A stretch of 64,000 bases of DNA from an uncultured delta proteobacterium (lineage in GTDB: Bacteria; Myxococcota_A; Polyangia; Polyangiales; Polyangiaceae), in the NCBI GenBank assembly GCA_963841435.1, contig CAWJCS010000003.1, forward strand, positions 448,001 to 512,000, given 5' to 3'. The notes below the pieces were generated by a model. That model searched no databases. It saw only the letters and a program-made list of their open reading frames with translations, and was not told where the DNA came from. Positions 19,454-29,217 of this stretch are shown piece after piece; the first letter of the stretch is position 1; the number at the start of each line of letters is the position of its first letter. Made by a program: the position numbers and the translations under genes.

Positions 19454-19700
19454 TCACGCGATTTCGACATGCCCCGGTCTCGAGCGCGAAGAGCTCGCAA
19501 TCGAGGTCCGGACGGAGCTCCGACGCTGGAACAGCTTGCGCGGGCGCGGCACGCCACGCCGCACTTTGGCCGCATCCCCGAGCACCTGCTCGCCGAAGCG
19601 TGTCGCCGCCATCTTGAGCAGCTCGAGCTCCAGGTGCTCCTTCGAGCCGAAGTGGGCAACGAGCCCGCTCTTCGAGAGGCCGAGCGCCGAGGCCGTGCCC
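19454..19700 (-). pseudogene. TetR-family regulator fragment lacking a start and helix 1
   Basis: Minus frame absent from the ORF track reads ASALGLSKSGLVAHFGSKEHLELELLKMAATRFGEQVL..RGVPR.RKLF; in-frame TAG immediately upstream. Confidence 0.7.
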
Positions 19701-19765
19701 CGGCCCGGGCATGCAGGATTTGGCTAAAACTTGCGTGATCCCGGGGACTTTGCTAGCTTCGGCCG

Positions 19766-20638
19766 GTGGGCGTTCTCGCCGAGTGGCTCGATGCCGTGCG
19801 CGGCGAACGCGGTGCCGCGCTGATGGGTGTCGTCAACACGACGCCCGACTCGTTTTTCGACGGCGGGCGCTACGAGGCACCGGCCGACGCCGAGGCCCAC
19901 GTTGCCGCGCTGCTCGCCGAGGGGGCGGACATCATCGACATCGGCGCCGAGTCGTCGCGGCCCGGCGCGGTCCCCGTGTCGCCACGCGAGCAGATCGAGC
20001 GGCTCGAGCCGGCCCTTTCACGCGCCGTCGCGCTCGAGGCGCTCGTTTCCGTCGATACGACCAGCCCCGAGGTCGCTGACTTCGCGCTCACGCGTGGGGC
20101 GCGCATCGTCAACGACGTTTCGTGCCTCGCCGATCCCGAGCTCGCGCGCGTGGCCGCGCGGCACGGCGCGGCGCTCGTCATCATGCACGCGCGCGGCTCC
20201 ATGCAACACCAGGCCGGCTTCTCCGTCTACCCCGACGGCGGCTACGGCGACGTCGTGCACGACGTGCTCGCCGAGTGGCGCGCTGCCCGCGACCGCGCCG
20301 CCCTGGTCGGGCTCGCCCCCGAGAACGTCTGGCTCGACCCAGGCCTCGGCTTCGCGAAGAACGCGCGCCAATCGTTCGAGCTCATTGCCCGGCTCGAAGA
20401 GCTGACCGGCGAGGGCGTGCCCGTGGTCGTGGGTCCGAGCCGCAAGTCGTTCATCGCGCTCGTCGACGGGGCGGCGCCCGCGGAGCGCCTCGGAGGCACG
20501 GTGGCGGCCTGCCTTTCGTCGGTGGAAAATGGCGCGGCGATCCTGCGTGTCCACGACGTGCGCGCCGTCCGTCAGGCGCTCGGCGTCGCCCGCCTTTCAC
20601 GGCGCGCTTCGGCACGCGAGGTCGCGTCCCATGCCTGA
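19766..20638 (+). CDS. folP: Dihydropteroate synthase
   Basis: MGVVNTTPDSFFDGG, IIDIGAESSRPG, SVDT, DPGLGFAK, SRKSF, RVHDV. Confidence 0.96.
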   Translation: MGVLAEWLDAVRGERGAALMGVVNTTPDSFFDGGRYEAPADAEAHVAALLAEGADIIDIGAESSRPGAVPVSPREQIERLEPALSRAVALEALVSVDTTSPEVADFALTRGARIVNDVSCLADPELARVAARHGAALVIMHARGSMQHQAGFSVYPDGGYGDVVHDVLAEWRAARDRAALVGLAPENVWLDPGLGFAKNARQSFELIARLEELTGEGVPVVVGPSRKSFIALVDGAAPAERLGGTVAACLSSVENGAAILRVHDVRAVRQALGVARLSRRASAREVASHA

Positions 20639-21713
20639 GGCGATCCGCACCTATTTCATGGGTCGCGCGCCGCTCCATCTCCTGCGCGACGCGCTCGACA
20701 TCTTCATCGTCTACTACGTCGTTTACCGCGCGCTTCTGGTCCTACGCGGCACGCGCGCGATGCAGGTGGGCGTCGGACTCGGCGTGCTGTTCGCGCTCTA
20801 CCTCGTCGCGCAGGCGCTCGAGCTCGTCACGGTGCTCACGATCATGGGGGCGCTCATCTCGAGCATGATCCTCATCATCGTCGTCGTGTTCCAGCAGGAC
20901 ATCCGGCGTGGCCTGCAACGGGTCGGCAGCCGCGCGTGGTTCGGCACCTGGACGCGCGCCCAGGAATCGAAGGTCATCGACGAGGTCGTCGAGGCCGCCA
21001 CCGAGCTCGCACGTCACCGCATCGGAGCGCTCATCACCTTCGAGCAGGACGCGAATCTCGACGAATTCGTGGGGGCGCACAAAGGGCACGTCGTCGACGC
21101 CCAGGTCACGGCCGAGCTCCTGGTGTCGTTGTTCGTGCCCGAGGGCATCAACAAGCTGCACGACGGCTCGGTCGTGATCCGCAACTATCGCATCGCCAAG
21201 GCGGGAGTGTTCTTCCCCATGCCCGAGGGCCGCGTCATGGACCAGAGCTTCGGCTCGCGCCATCGCGCTGCGCTCGGCATCACCGAGGAGACCGACGCCG
21301 TCGTCGTGATCGTGAGCGAGGAACGCGGCACCATCAGCTTCTGCTTCAACGGCAACATCGCGACCAATCTCGACGGACCCAAGCTGCACTCCATGCTCGA
21401 GGCGATCTTCAGCCCCAAGGTGCGAAAGAGCGGCCGCAAGCCCAAGCGCCCCGAAGCCGCCGAGGCTCCCGCAAGCGTCCGGCGCGACGCCGACCCCGCC
21501 CCCACGCCCGACTCGGAGACGTTGCGCATCAGCCTCGTGGGAGAGCCCGAGCCGTCGCGCCGCCTCCGCCCGCCGAGCGACCCCCCGGCGCCGCTGCGTG
21601 CGGCCCCGGCGAGCACGAGCACACCGCACCCCCTGCCAGCCGCAGAATCCGAGCCGAGCTCCGTGCCGCCGAAGAAGCCGGAAAATGGTGATCTACCCCG
21701 CGGGGGACACTGA
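20631..21713 (+). CDS. cdaA: Diadenylate cyclase CdaA (3 TM + DisA_N) with Pro-rich C-terminal tail
   Basis: VVVFQQDIRRGL, IGALI, LHDGS, GSRHRAALGITEETDA, VSEERG. Confidence 0.92.
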   Translation: MPEAIRTYFMGRAPLHLLRDALDIFIVYYVVYRALLVLRGTRAMQVGVGLGVLFALYLVAQALELVTVLTIMGALISSMILIIVVVFQQDIRRGLQRVGSRAWFGTWTRAQESKVIDEVVEAATELARHRIGALITFEQDANLDEFVGAHKGHVVDAQVTAELLVSLFVPEGINKLHDGSVVIRNYRIAKAGVFFPMPEGRVMDQSFGSRHRAALGITEETDAVVVIVSEERGTISFCFNGNIATNLDGPKLHSMLEAIFSPKVRKSGRKPKRPEAAEAPASVRRDADPAPTPDSETLRISLVGEPEPSRRLRPPSDPPAPLRAAPASTSTPHPLPAAESEPSSVPPKKPENGDLPRGGH

Positions 21714-22669
21714 TGGCGGCCCCCGCGTTCGGCAGCTTCGTGCGTGGTGCTTTCACGGAGAATCTGGGTCTGAAGGCGCTCTCACTCGTCTTCGCGATCG
21801 GCATGTTCGCCTTCCAGTACGGTCAGCAAGACGAGCAGCAGCGCACCGTCCCGGTGGGGCTGTCGCTCAGGCCTCCCGCGGAAGACTCGCCGCGCGAGCT
21901 GATGTCGCAGCTTCCCGCGACAATCCACGTCACGTTGCGCGGTCCGGCGCGCGTCATCGATCGCATGGTGCAATCGGGCGTGCCCCCCGTCACCATCGAC
22001 CTTCGAAGCGGCGAGCGGGAGAGCATCACGTTCGAGCCCGGCATGTTCTCGCTGCCGCCCGACATCCGCATCACGATGATCGACCCGCCCAGCCTCGAGC
22101 TCGAGTGGGAAGAGGTGATTGCGCGGCAGATCCCGCTGCAGGCGTCGATCGCGGGCCAGGCCGCCGAGGGCTACGTCGTGCGGGGCGAGCCCGAGGTGGA
22201 CCCGAAGCAGATCACGGCGCGCGGACCGTCGAGCCTGGTCGAGGTGCTGCAGTTCGCGCGCCTCGCGGCCTTCGACGTCTCGGGCTTGAGCCAGGGCGTG
22301 CATCGCCGAAGGCTGGCGCTCGACGCGCCCCCGGCGCGCGTTCGCTACCTCGGCCCACCGGCGGCGACCGTGTCCGTCACGATCGCGAGGCGCCTGAGCG
22401 AGGCGAGCTTCCCCGGGCGCCCGGTCGAGCTCATCGGGCTCGCGGCAGGGGCCGTCTCGCCGCGCCAGGTCAACGTGACGGTGGTGGGGCCGCCCGAGGT
22501 CGTGCAAGCGCTGCGCGCCGAGCAGGTCGTGCCGCGCGCCAACGTCGGCAACGTGCCGGGCCTCGACCTGAAGGAAATGCACCATGGCTCCACGGTGGTG
22601 CCCGTCGCGGTCGAGCTGGCCGGCGCCGAAGCCAAGGTCCAGCCACCGAGCGTGACGGTCAAGTGGTGA
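21713..22669 (+). CDS. YbbR/CdaR-like regulator
   Basis: NLGLKALSL.FA N-terminal TM, repeated V.V.GP YbbR domains, follows cdaA. Confidence 0.85.
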   Translation: MAAPAFGSFVRGAFTENLGLKALSLVFAIGMFAFQYGQQDEQQRTVPVGLSLRPPAEDSPRELMSQLPATIHVTLRGPARVIDRMVQSGVPPVTIDLRSGERESITFEPGMFSLPPDIRITMIDPPSLELEWEEVIARQIPLQASIAGQAAEGYVVRGEPEVDPKQITARGPSSLVEVLQFARLAAFDVSGLSQGVHRRRLALDAPPARVRYLGPPAATVSVTIARRLSEASFPGRPVELIGLAAGAVSPRQVNVTVVGPPEVVQALRAEQVVPRANVGNVPGLDLKEMHHGSTVVPVAVELAGAEAKVQPPSVTVKW

Positions 22670-23118
22670 TCCAGCGCACTCTCCTGGTCGCGGTGTTCGC
22701 CGTGCTCGCATGGCTGCTCTGGCGCTCGAGCCGCAAGCACGAGGTGCCCGAGGCGATCGGCGCGGGCGACGACGAGCCTGACCCGCAGCGCGTGTTCGTG
22801 AGCCAGTTTCTGCACGAAGCGGGGCTCGTCGCCGAGCTGCTCCGCGCCGAAGGCATCGAGGTCACGATCAAGAACGAGTACCTCGCGGGTGCGGTCGGCG
22901 AGATCCCGTTCGGCGTCGCCGCACCCGAGCTCTGGGTGAGCGGTCCCCAGCGCATCGACCGCGCGCGCGAGATCGTCGCAGGCTACGAGGCGCGCAAGAA
23001 GAGCGAGCTCGGCCCGGACCGTACCTGCCCCAGCTGCGGTGCCGAGAACCCGTCGACGTTCGAGCTCTGCTGGCGTTGCCGCTCGCCCCTCGAAGTTCCC
23101 GAACCCTCGAAGCCCTGA
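22666..23118 (+). CDS. DUF2007 (putative signal-transducing) protein with C-terminal zinc ribbon
   Basis: N-terminal TM; EAGLVAELLRAEGI..GEIPF; CPSCG..FELCWRC. Confidence 0.75.
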   Translation: MIQRTLLVAVFAVLAWLLWRSSRKHEVPEAIGAGDDEPDPQRVFVSQFLHEAGLVAELLRAEGIEVTIKNEYLAGAVGEIPFGVAAPELWVSGPQRIDRAREIVAGYEARKKSELGPDRTCPSCGAENPSTFELCWRCRSPLEVPEPSKP

Positions 23119-23200
23119 CGTCGCAGGTCGAAAGGTGCGCCACCGGTGGCGTGCTCGACGCGAACCGCCGGCCGGGCCGAGGCCGCCCGGCGCCCACGGG

Positions 23201-24169
23201 TCACGCGTTGGGGGCGCTCGGCGCGAGCGGGCGCTCGGGGTCGCGCCCCGCGTCGTAGTCACCGTCGGGCTCGACGAAGATGCGCTTCATCTCCGGCACG
23301 GCTGCGCGGACGCGCTCCTCGAGCTGATCGATGGTGCGCTCGACCTCGGCGAGGGGGCTCTCTGCCGCGAACCGCACCTTGAGCGCGAGCAGGATCGAGC
23401 TCGGGCCGAGCTGCAGCGTGATGAGCTGCGTCACGGCCTCCACGCCGGGGGTCGCCCGGGCCTCGGCGAGGGCGCGCTCTGACAGCTCCGGCGGGGCGCT
23501 CTCGCCGATCAGCAGGCCGTGGGTGTCGACGGCGAGCAGGAGCCCGATGACACAGAGCAAAAGTCCGATGACGATCGACCCGACGGCGTCGGCCACGGGG
23601 CTGCCCGTGAGCGCCGTGACGCCGAGCGCGAGGAGCGCGACGACGAGGCCGAGCACGGCGCCCGTGTCTTCGAGCAAGACGACCGGGATCGTGGGATCCT
23701 TCGAGGCGAACAGCGCCCGAAAAAGCGGGCGCCCGCGACGCTCGCGCTGGAACTCGCGCACGGCGACCACGAAGCTCGTCCCCTCGAGCGCGAGCGCCAC
23801 GGCGAGCACGGCAAGCGGCAAGAAAAGCGAGCCGTGCGGGTGCTCGCTCGCGGCGAAAAGCTTCTCGATCCCCTCGACGACCGCGAACACACCGCCGAGC
23901 AAAAACAGCGTCACCGACACGATGAACGCCCAGAAGTAGCGTTCGGCTTCACGCCCGAGCGGGTATCGCTCGGGGTCCTTGCGCTGCGCGAGCGCCATGC
24001 CGACGAGCAAAAGCCCCTGATTGGCCGTGTCGGCGAGCGAGTGGACGCCCTCGGCGAGCATGGTGGCGCTGCCCGACAGCGCCGCCGCAATCAGCTTCAC
24101 GACTGCAATGCCGGCGTTGGCCGAGAGCGCGGCCACCACGACCTTCCTGGAGTCGCCGGGTTTTTCCAT
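23201..24169 (-). CDS. Cation diffusion facilitator family transporter
   Basis: SATMLAEGVHSLADT, VLLEDTG, DAVGSIVIG, IFVEP. Confidence 0.9.
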   Translation of the reverse strand: MEKPGDSRKVVVAALSANAGIAVVKLIAAALSGSATMLAEGVHSLADTANQGLLLVGMALAQRKDPERYPLGREAERYFWAFIVSVTLFLLGGVFAVVEGIEKLFAASEHPHGSLFLPLAVLAVALALEGTSFVVAVREFQRERRGRPLFRALFASKDPTIPVVLLEDTGAVLGLVVALLALGVTALTGSPVADAVGSIVIGLLLCVIGLLLAVDTHGLLIGESAPPELSERALAEARATPGVEAVTQLITLQLGPSSILLALKVRFAAESPLAEVERTIDQLEERVRAAVPEMKRIFVEPDGDYDAGRDPERPLAPSAPNA

Positions 24170-24184
24170 GCTCCATCCCGGGCT

Positions 24185-24844
24185 TCACAGAATGACGATT
24201 CGAAGGCGCGAGCGGGCGTTCTGGTAGTACGCAGCGAGCGCCGCCTGCAAGCGCGTAGAAACGTACCAGCGCCGGAGGCCCGGCAGGATGGTCTCGAAGG
24301 GTGCGTCGCGAAACGGCGTGCGCTCGTTGCGGTAAAGGGCGCGCAGCTCGGCGTCGCTCGGCGAGAGCATGGGCGACACCATGCGGTCGAGGTAGAGGCT
24401 CGCGCGCGCCTGCCGTTGCCAGAGCACGGCGAGCTCGCGGCGGCTCACGCCTTCGGCTGCCGCCGCCTCGTCGAGCCGCTCGACGCCGCCGCAGCGCTCT
24501 TCCATCAACCGGCGCGCCGCGGCACTCTGCGCAACGAGCTCGGCCGCCGTGGGCTCGGGATCGATGCGCAACCCTGCGAGCAGCGTCTCCGCGACGTGCC
24601 GCTCGAGCGCCGCGGAAACGTGGCGCTCGCGGTAGGCGGCGCCCACGCGATCGGGATCGGCGAGCGCCTCGACGCGCGCTTCGAAAGCGAGCACGCGGCC
24701 GAGCACGAAGTGTGGCGAGCGCGTCCCACCGAGCTCGGGCGCACTGAACCGCGCGACGGCGCGATCCACGATCGTCGGCTCTGCGCGCGCCGGCAAGGCC
24801 GAAAGCGCGAGCGCGCAGGCCAAAAGTAGCCCCCGCGCCCGCAC
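24185..24844 (-). CDS. Exported SurA-N-like protein
   Basis: Signal peptide, IVDRAVA start, PSDAELRALY and RIVIL end typical of SurA-like chaperone domains. Confidence 0.55.
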   Translation of the reverse strand: MRARGLLLACALALSALPARAEPTIVDRAVARFSAPELGGTRSPHFVLGRVLAFEARVEALADPDRVGAAYRERHVSAALERHVAETLLAGLRIDPEPTAAELVAQSAAARRLMEERCGGVERLDEAAAAEGVSRRELAVLWQRQARASLYLDRMVSPMLSPSDAELRALYRNERTPFRDAPFETILPGLRRWYVSTRLQAALAAYYQNARSRLRIVIL

Positions 24845-24847
24845 GCC

Positions 24848-25624
24848 CTAACCTCCGCGCGTGGCCGTTCGCTGCTGCGACGAGGGCGGCTCGAAGTCCA
24901 CGGCGCTGTCCTCGGGCGGCGGAGGAGCGGCAACGGGACCCGGGGCCCTTTGCTGGGCCTCGGTGCGAGCCAGCGTCTTGGCGGCGCGACGCGCGCGCAC
25001 GAACTCGGCGAACGTGAGCACCTTGTCGAGGTCCCGGCTGCCGAGCCCTTCGACGATCTCGTCGAGCTGCTTCCTGATCGTTTCCAGCGTGCGACCTCGT
25101 CGGGCGCCGAGCGCCTCGGTAGGAATCGGATTCTGCGGGCGCGACGCGGGCTCGGGCTGCCGGATCGGGCGCTGGATGGGCCGCAGCGCGTTGGCGGCGA
25201 GCCAGGCCTCCATGAACACCCTGAGCCGCTCGCTCCGAAACGCAAACCATCGTTCGCGCTCGGTCGTGAACGCGATCAGCACGTCCTTGAAACGGCGAAA
25301 GGCGCCCTTGCCGTCGATGGCCTGCGAAAGCTGACCGCGGAGCCCAGTGTCGTCGACCATGGGAATGAAGCGCTCCATCCAGCGGTACTGCTCGCGCGAG
25401 CTCACGGGCTCGATGCGCAGATAGCCCGGGTCCGAAGCGATGCGCGCATGCATCTCCGGATCGGCGAGCCCGTCAACCACCCGCAGCACTTCCCCCGAGA
25501 CGACGTGTAGGTAGCTGTGAACCTCGGGCGCGTTGTTCTCGAAGGCGTCTTCGAGCGCTTCCCAGTCCACGGGCACGTCCCGAATCGTCTGGCCCGCCCC
25601 CGCGCGTTGTTCCAGATCTGACAT
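24848..25624 (-). CDS. UPF0158 family protein
   Basis: VDWEALEDAFE, YRWMERF, AIDGKGAFRRFKDVL, ERWFAF. Confidence 0.88.
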   Translation of the reverse strand: MSDLEQRAGAGQTIRDVPVDWEALEDAFENNAPEVHSYLHVVSGEVLRVVDGLADPEMHARIASDPGYLRIEPVSSREQYRWMERFIPMVDDTGLRGQLSQAIDGKGAFRRFKDVLIAFTTERERWFAFRSERLRVFMEAWLAANALRPIQRPIRQPEPASRPQNPIPTEALGARRGRTLETIRKQLDEIVEGLGSRDLDKVLTFAEFVRARRAAKTLARTEAQQRAPGPVAAPPPPEDSAVDFEPPSSQQRTATRGG

Positions 25625-25654
25625 GTTCCTCTAAGAGCCGTTGGTTCGAATATC

Positions 25655-27163
25655 CTACCCCGTTTTCTTGGAACGCGCCCGCGCGACGGCTTGTTCCCAG
25701 CCCGTCCTCGCGAAGCTCCGCGCCGCAGGGTCGATCCTGGGACGAAAGTCGCGTTCGAGTGGTGAAAACGACGAAACGTCCGCCAGGGTGCGAAACAGTC
25801 CGGCGCCGACGCCCGCGAGCATGGCGGCCCCGCGCGCCGTGGACTCGAGCTCCGTCGGCCGCTCGACCGAAAGCGCAGAAAAATCGCTCTGGAGCTCTAG
25901 CAATAGGTCATTTTGCGCGGCCCCTCCGTCGACGCGCATGCGCCTGAGCGGCGCGCCGAGATCGCGACTCATGGCGCGGAGCACGTCGTCGACCTGTAGG
26001 GCGATCGCCTCGAGTGTCGCGCGGGCGATGTGCGCCTTGGTGGTTCCGCGTGTGATGCCGCAAATCAGCCCCCGCGCACCAGCGTCCCAGTAGGGCGCCC
26101 CGAGGCCTGCGAGCGCGGGCACGAACGACACGCCTTCCGACGAGGGCACGCTGCGGGCAAGCGCCTCGATCTCCGGAGCGGCGCCGATGATGCCGAGTCC
26201 GTCCCGCAGCCATTGCACGGCAGCCCCCGCGATGAACACGCTGCCCTCGAGCGCATAAGTCACCTCATTGCCGATCTGCCACGCCACGGTCGACACCAGA
26301 CCCTCGCGGCTCGGCCGCGGCGCCTGCCCGGTGTTCACGAGCACGAACGCCCCGGTGCCATAGGTGCATTTGCTGTCACCCGGCTCGAAACACGCCTGCC
26401 CGAACAGCGCGGCGTGCTGATCGCCTGCGATACCGGCGATCGGCACCCCGTCGGGCAGCCCCGGCACGCCCTGTGTCGTTGCGACCCGCGCGGCGCTCGG
26501 GACGATGCGCGGTAGCACGGCCTCGGGCACCCCGAGGAGCTGGCAAAGCTCGGGGTCCCAGCGGCAGCCCGCGAGGTTCATGAGCAGCGTGCGGGACGCG
26601 TTCGTTACGTCGGTGACGTGCGGCGCGGCGGCGCTCGCGCCGCCGGCGAGTCGAAACACTAGGTACGAATCGACCGTGCCGAACATGAGCTCGCCGGCCT
26701 GGGCGCGCGCTCGCGCGTTCGGTACTTCGTCGAGCAGCCAAGCCAGCTTGGTGCCCGCAAAGTACGGGTCGATGACCAGGCCCGTGAGCTCACGCACGCG
26801 GGGCTCGTGCCCGGCGTCGCGCAGGGCGCTGCAGCGGTCGTCGGTGCGCCGGTCCTGCCAGACGATCGCGCGGTGGACGGGCACCCCGCTCGCCCGGTCC
26901 CAGAGCAGGGTCGTCTCGCGCTGATTGGTGATCCCGACCGCCGCAATGGCGTCGCCCCGGAGGCCCGCCGCCCCCAGGGCTCGGCCCACCGCCCCAACCA
27001 CGCTCTGCCAGATCTCCTCCGGATCGTGCTCGACCCACCCCGGCTGGGGAAAATGCTGCGGGAACTCCAAGGTGGCGCGCCCGAGGGTGCGGCCGTCCGT
27101 GGCAAGAACGAGGGCCGTGGAGCCCGTCGTCCCCTGATCGATCGCGAGAAGGTGCCCGGCCAT
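25655..27163 (-). CDS. glpK: Glycerol kinase
   Basis: AIDQGTTG, GITNQRET, IVWQDRR, TDVTNASRT, GDQHAALFG, KCTYGTG, YALEGS. Confidence 0.97.
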   Translation of the reverse strand: MAGHLLAIDQGTTGSTALVLATDGRTLGRATLEFPQHFPQPGWVEHDPEEIWQSVVGAVGRALGAAGLRGDAIAAVGITNQRETTLLWDRASGVPVHRAIVWQDRRTDDRCSALRDAGHEPRVRELTGLVIDPYFAGTKLAWLLDEVPNARARAQAGELMFGTVDSYLVFRLAGGASAAAPHVTDVTNASRTLLMNLAGCRWDPELCQLLGVPEAVLPRIVPSAARVATTQGVPGLPDGVPIAGIAGDQHAALFGQACFEPGDSKCTYGTGAFVLVNTGQAPRPSREGLVSTVAWQIGNEVTYALEGSVFIAGAAVQWLRDGLGIIGAAPEIEALARSVPSSEGVSFVPALAGLGAPYWDAGARGLICGITRGTTKAHIARATLEAIALQVDDVLRAMSRDLGAPLRRMRVDGGAAQNDLLLELQSDFSALSVERPTELESTARGAAMLAGVGAGLFRTLADVSSFSPLERDFRPRIDPAARSFARTGWEQAVARARSKKTG

Positions 27164-27243
27164 GTCGAGATCCTAGCGGAACCGAGCCCGCGAGAGGCCC
27201 CCTTGTGGCGTGCGGCGAGCACGGGTACCCTCTTTTTTGGCCC

Positions 27244-29061
27244 ATGGCGCGCCTCTTGCTCGTCTCACCGGACGGCCAGCAGGTGGTCGACCTCAGGGAT
27301 TTCAACTCCCTGGGCCGGCACCCGAGCAACACCATCCAGCTCCTGGACAAGATCGTGTCCAAGGAGCACTGCATCGTCGAGCGGCGCGGGCCGAGCTACG
27401 TGCTGCGCGATCTCGGTAGCCTCAACGGCACCTACGTGAACGGCGAGCGCGTCAACGGCGAGCGCGAGCTGCGTCACGGCGACGACCTCGCGCTCGGCGG
27501 CACGCGCGGCCGCTACGACGACGGCTCGGGCCGGCCGATGCCGACGCCGCAGGTGCAACCGCATCAGTTCACGCAGCCCGTGCAGCAGATGGGCTGGCAG
27601 CCGCAACCTCAGAGCCTCGGTCAGCCGCCCTACGGCGTGCCGTCCGGTCCCGCGACGGGACCGTTCACGCCCGCGGCGCCCGCGACACCCGCGGCGCCGC
27701 GCTCCCCCTACCCGCCGGGTCCTCCCGCACAAGTCACGGCACCCGTGCCCATGGCCGCGGGGACGCGCGTCGACGTGAACGACAAGGCGCGCGCGATCGG
27801 CACGCAAATCGCGGCGATCCAGAAGGGATTCCTCCCCTACGATCAGCTCGCGCAAAACCCCCCGCAGCTCGCGCAGGACTACGAACGGCTGCGACTGTCG
27901 CACGAGCTTTCGCGCGAAATCGCCCTCGAGCGCGATCTACCCACCCTTCTCACGAAGATCCTGCTGACGATCTTCAAGTTCGTGCGCGCCGATCGCGGCG
28001 TGATCTTCCTCATGGATTCCAAGGGGGAGCTCGTGCCGAGCGCGAGCCAGCGTCGCGACGGCACCGATTCGCCGATTCAGGTGTCGTCCACGATCATGAG
28101 CCACGTGATCAAGGAGCGCGCGAGCGTGTTGACCCACGACGCGGCCATGGATTTCGCCGCGTCCAAGGGGCGCAGCATGATCCTGAACCGCATCGGCTCG
28201 GCCATCGTGGCGCCGCTTTTACACAACGACGAGATCCTCGGGGTGTTGTGGCTCGACAGCGAGACGCTCGCCCAGTTTCAGCCCAAGGACATCGAGATCG
28301 TCACGGCCATCGCCGCGCAGGCCGCGATGTTCATCGAGATCACCATCCTCGGTAAGAAGATCGAGCAGGAGATCGTCAACCGCGAGCGCTTCAGCCGGCT
28401 CCTGTCGCCGAACGTCGCCAAGCGCGTGCTCTCCGGCGAGCTCGAGGTGAAGAAGGGCGGCGAGCTCGTCGAAGAGTGCACGGTGTTCAATTCGGACATC
28501 CGAGGCTTCACTCGCATGGCCGAGAGCGCTCACCCGGCCGTCGTCGTCGACATGATGAACGAGTACTTCGAGCTCATGGTCGAGACGCTATTCAAGTACG
28601 AGGGCACGCTCGACAAGTTCATGGGCGACGGCATCATGGCGCTCTGGGGTGCACCGGTGCTGCATCCGGACGACGCGCTGCGGAGCGTCTCGTGCGCACT
28701 CGAACAGATGGATGTGCTCGCGCGCTTCAATCGCAAGCGCATTGAGGAGGGGCATCCCCCGCTCGCCATCGGCATCGGCATCCACACGGGCCCGCTCGTG
28801 GCCGGGTACATCGGCAGCTCCAAGGCGCTCTCCTACACGGTGATCGGCGACACCGCGAACACCAGCGCACGCGTCTGCGGCATCGCCGCGGCCGGCCAGG
28901 TGCTCATCAGCGAAGCCACGCTCGCCAAGGTCGAAAGCAAGATCGAGTGCGACGAGCTTCCGCCCGCGAACCTCAAGGGCAAGGAGAAGCCGTTCCGTAT
29001 CTTCAACGTCAAGCGGCTCGTGCCGAGCGTTCAGGTGCCCGCGAGCATCACGCCCAGCTGA
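27244..29061 (+). CDS. FHA-GAF-class III adenylate cyclase
   Basis: FHA (LGR, SKEH, DLGSLNGTYVNG), Pro/Gln linker, GAF, cyclase (SDIRGFT, DKFMGDGIMA, YTVIGDTANTSAR). Confidence 0.92.
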   Translation: MARLLLVSPDGQQVVDLRDFNSLGRHPSNTIQLLDKIVSKEHCIVERRGPSYVLRDLGSLNGTYVNGERVNGERELRHGDDLALGGTRGRYDDGSGRPMPTPQVQPHQFTQPVQQMGWQPQPQSLGQPPYGVPSGPATGPFTPAAPATPAAPRSPYPPGPPAQVTAPVPMAAGTRVDVNDKARAIGTQIAAIQKGFLPYDQLAQNPPQLAQDYERLRLSHELSREIALERDLPTLLTKILLTIFKFVRADRGVIFLMDSKGELVPSASQRRDGTDSPIQVSSTIMSHVIKERASVLTHDAAMDFAASKGRSMILNRIGSAIVAPLLHNDEILGVLWLDSETLAQFQPKDIEIVTAIAAQAAMFIEITILGKKIEQEIVNRERFSRLLSPNVAKRVLSGELEVKKGGELVEECTVFNSDIRGFTRMAESAHPAVVVDMMNEYFELMVETLFKYEGTLDKFMGDGIMALWGAPVLHPDDALRSVSCALEQMDVLARFNRKRIEEGHPPLAIGIGIHTGPLVAGYIGSSKALSYTVIGDTANTSARVCGIAAAGQVLISEATLAKVESKIECDELPPANLKGKEKPFRIFNVKRLVPSVQVPASITPS

Positions 29062-29217
29062 TCGTTCGTGAAGTCGCCGCTGGTCTGACCACGCACCGCT
29101 CGAGCCGAACGGCAGCGTAACCGCGACGGCGCGAACCCGAGTACGCGCCGAGACGGCGCAGTGCGTCACTCGGCGACGCTCGACTTCGGCTCTGAATTCG
29201 ACAAGATCCGCCGCAAA

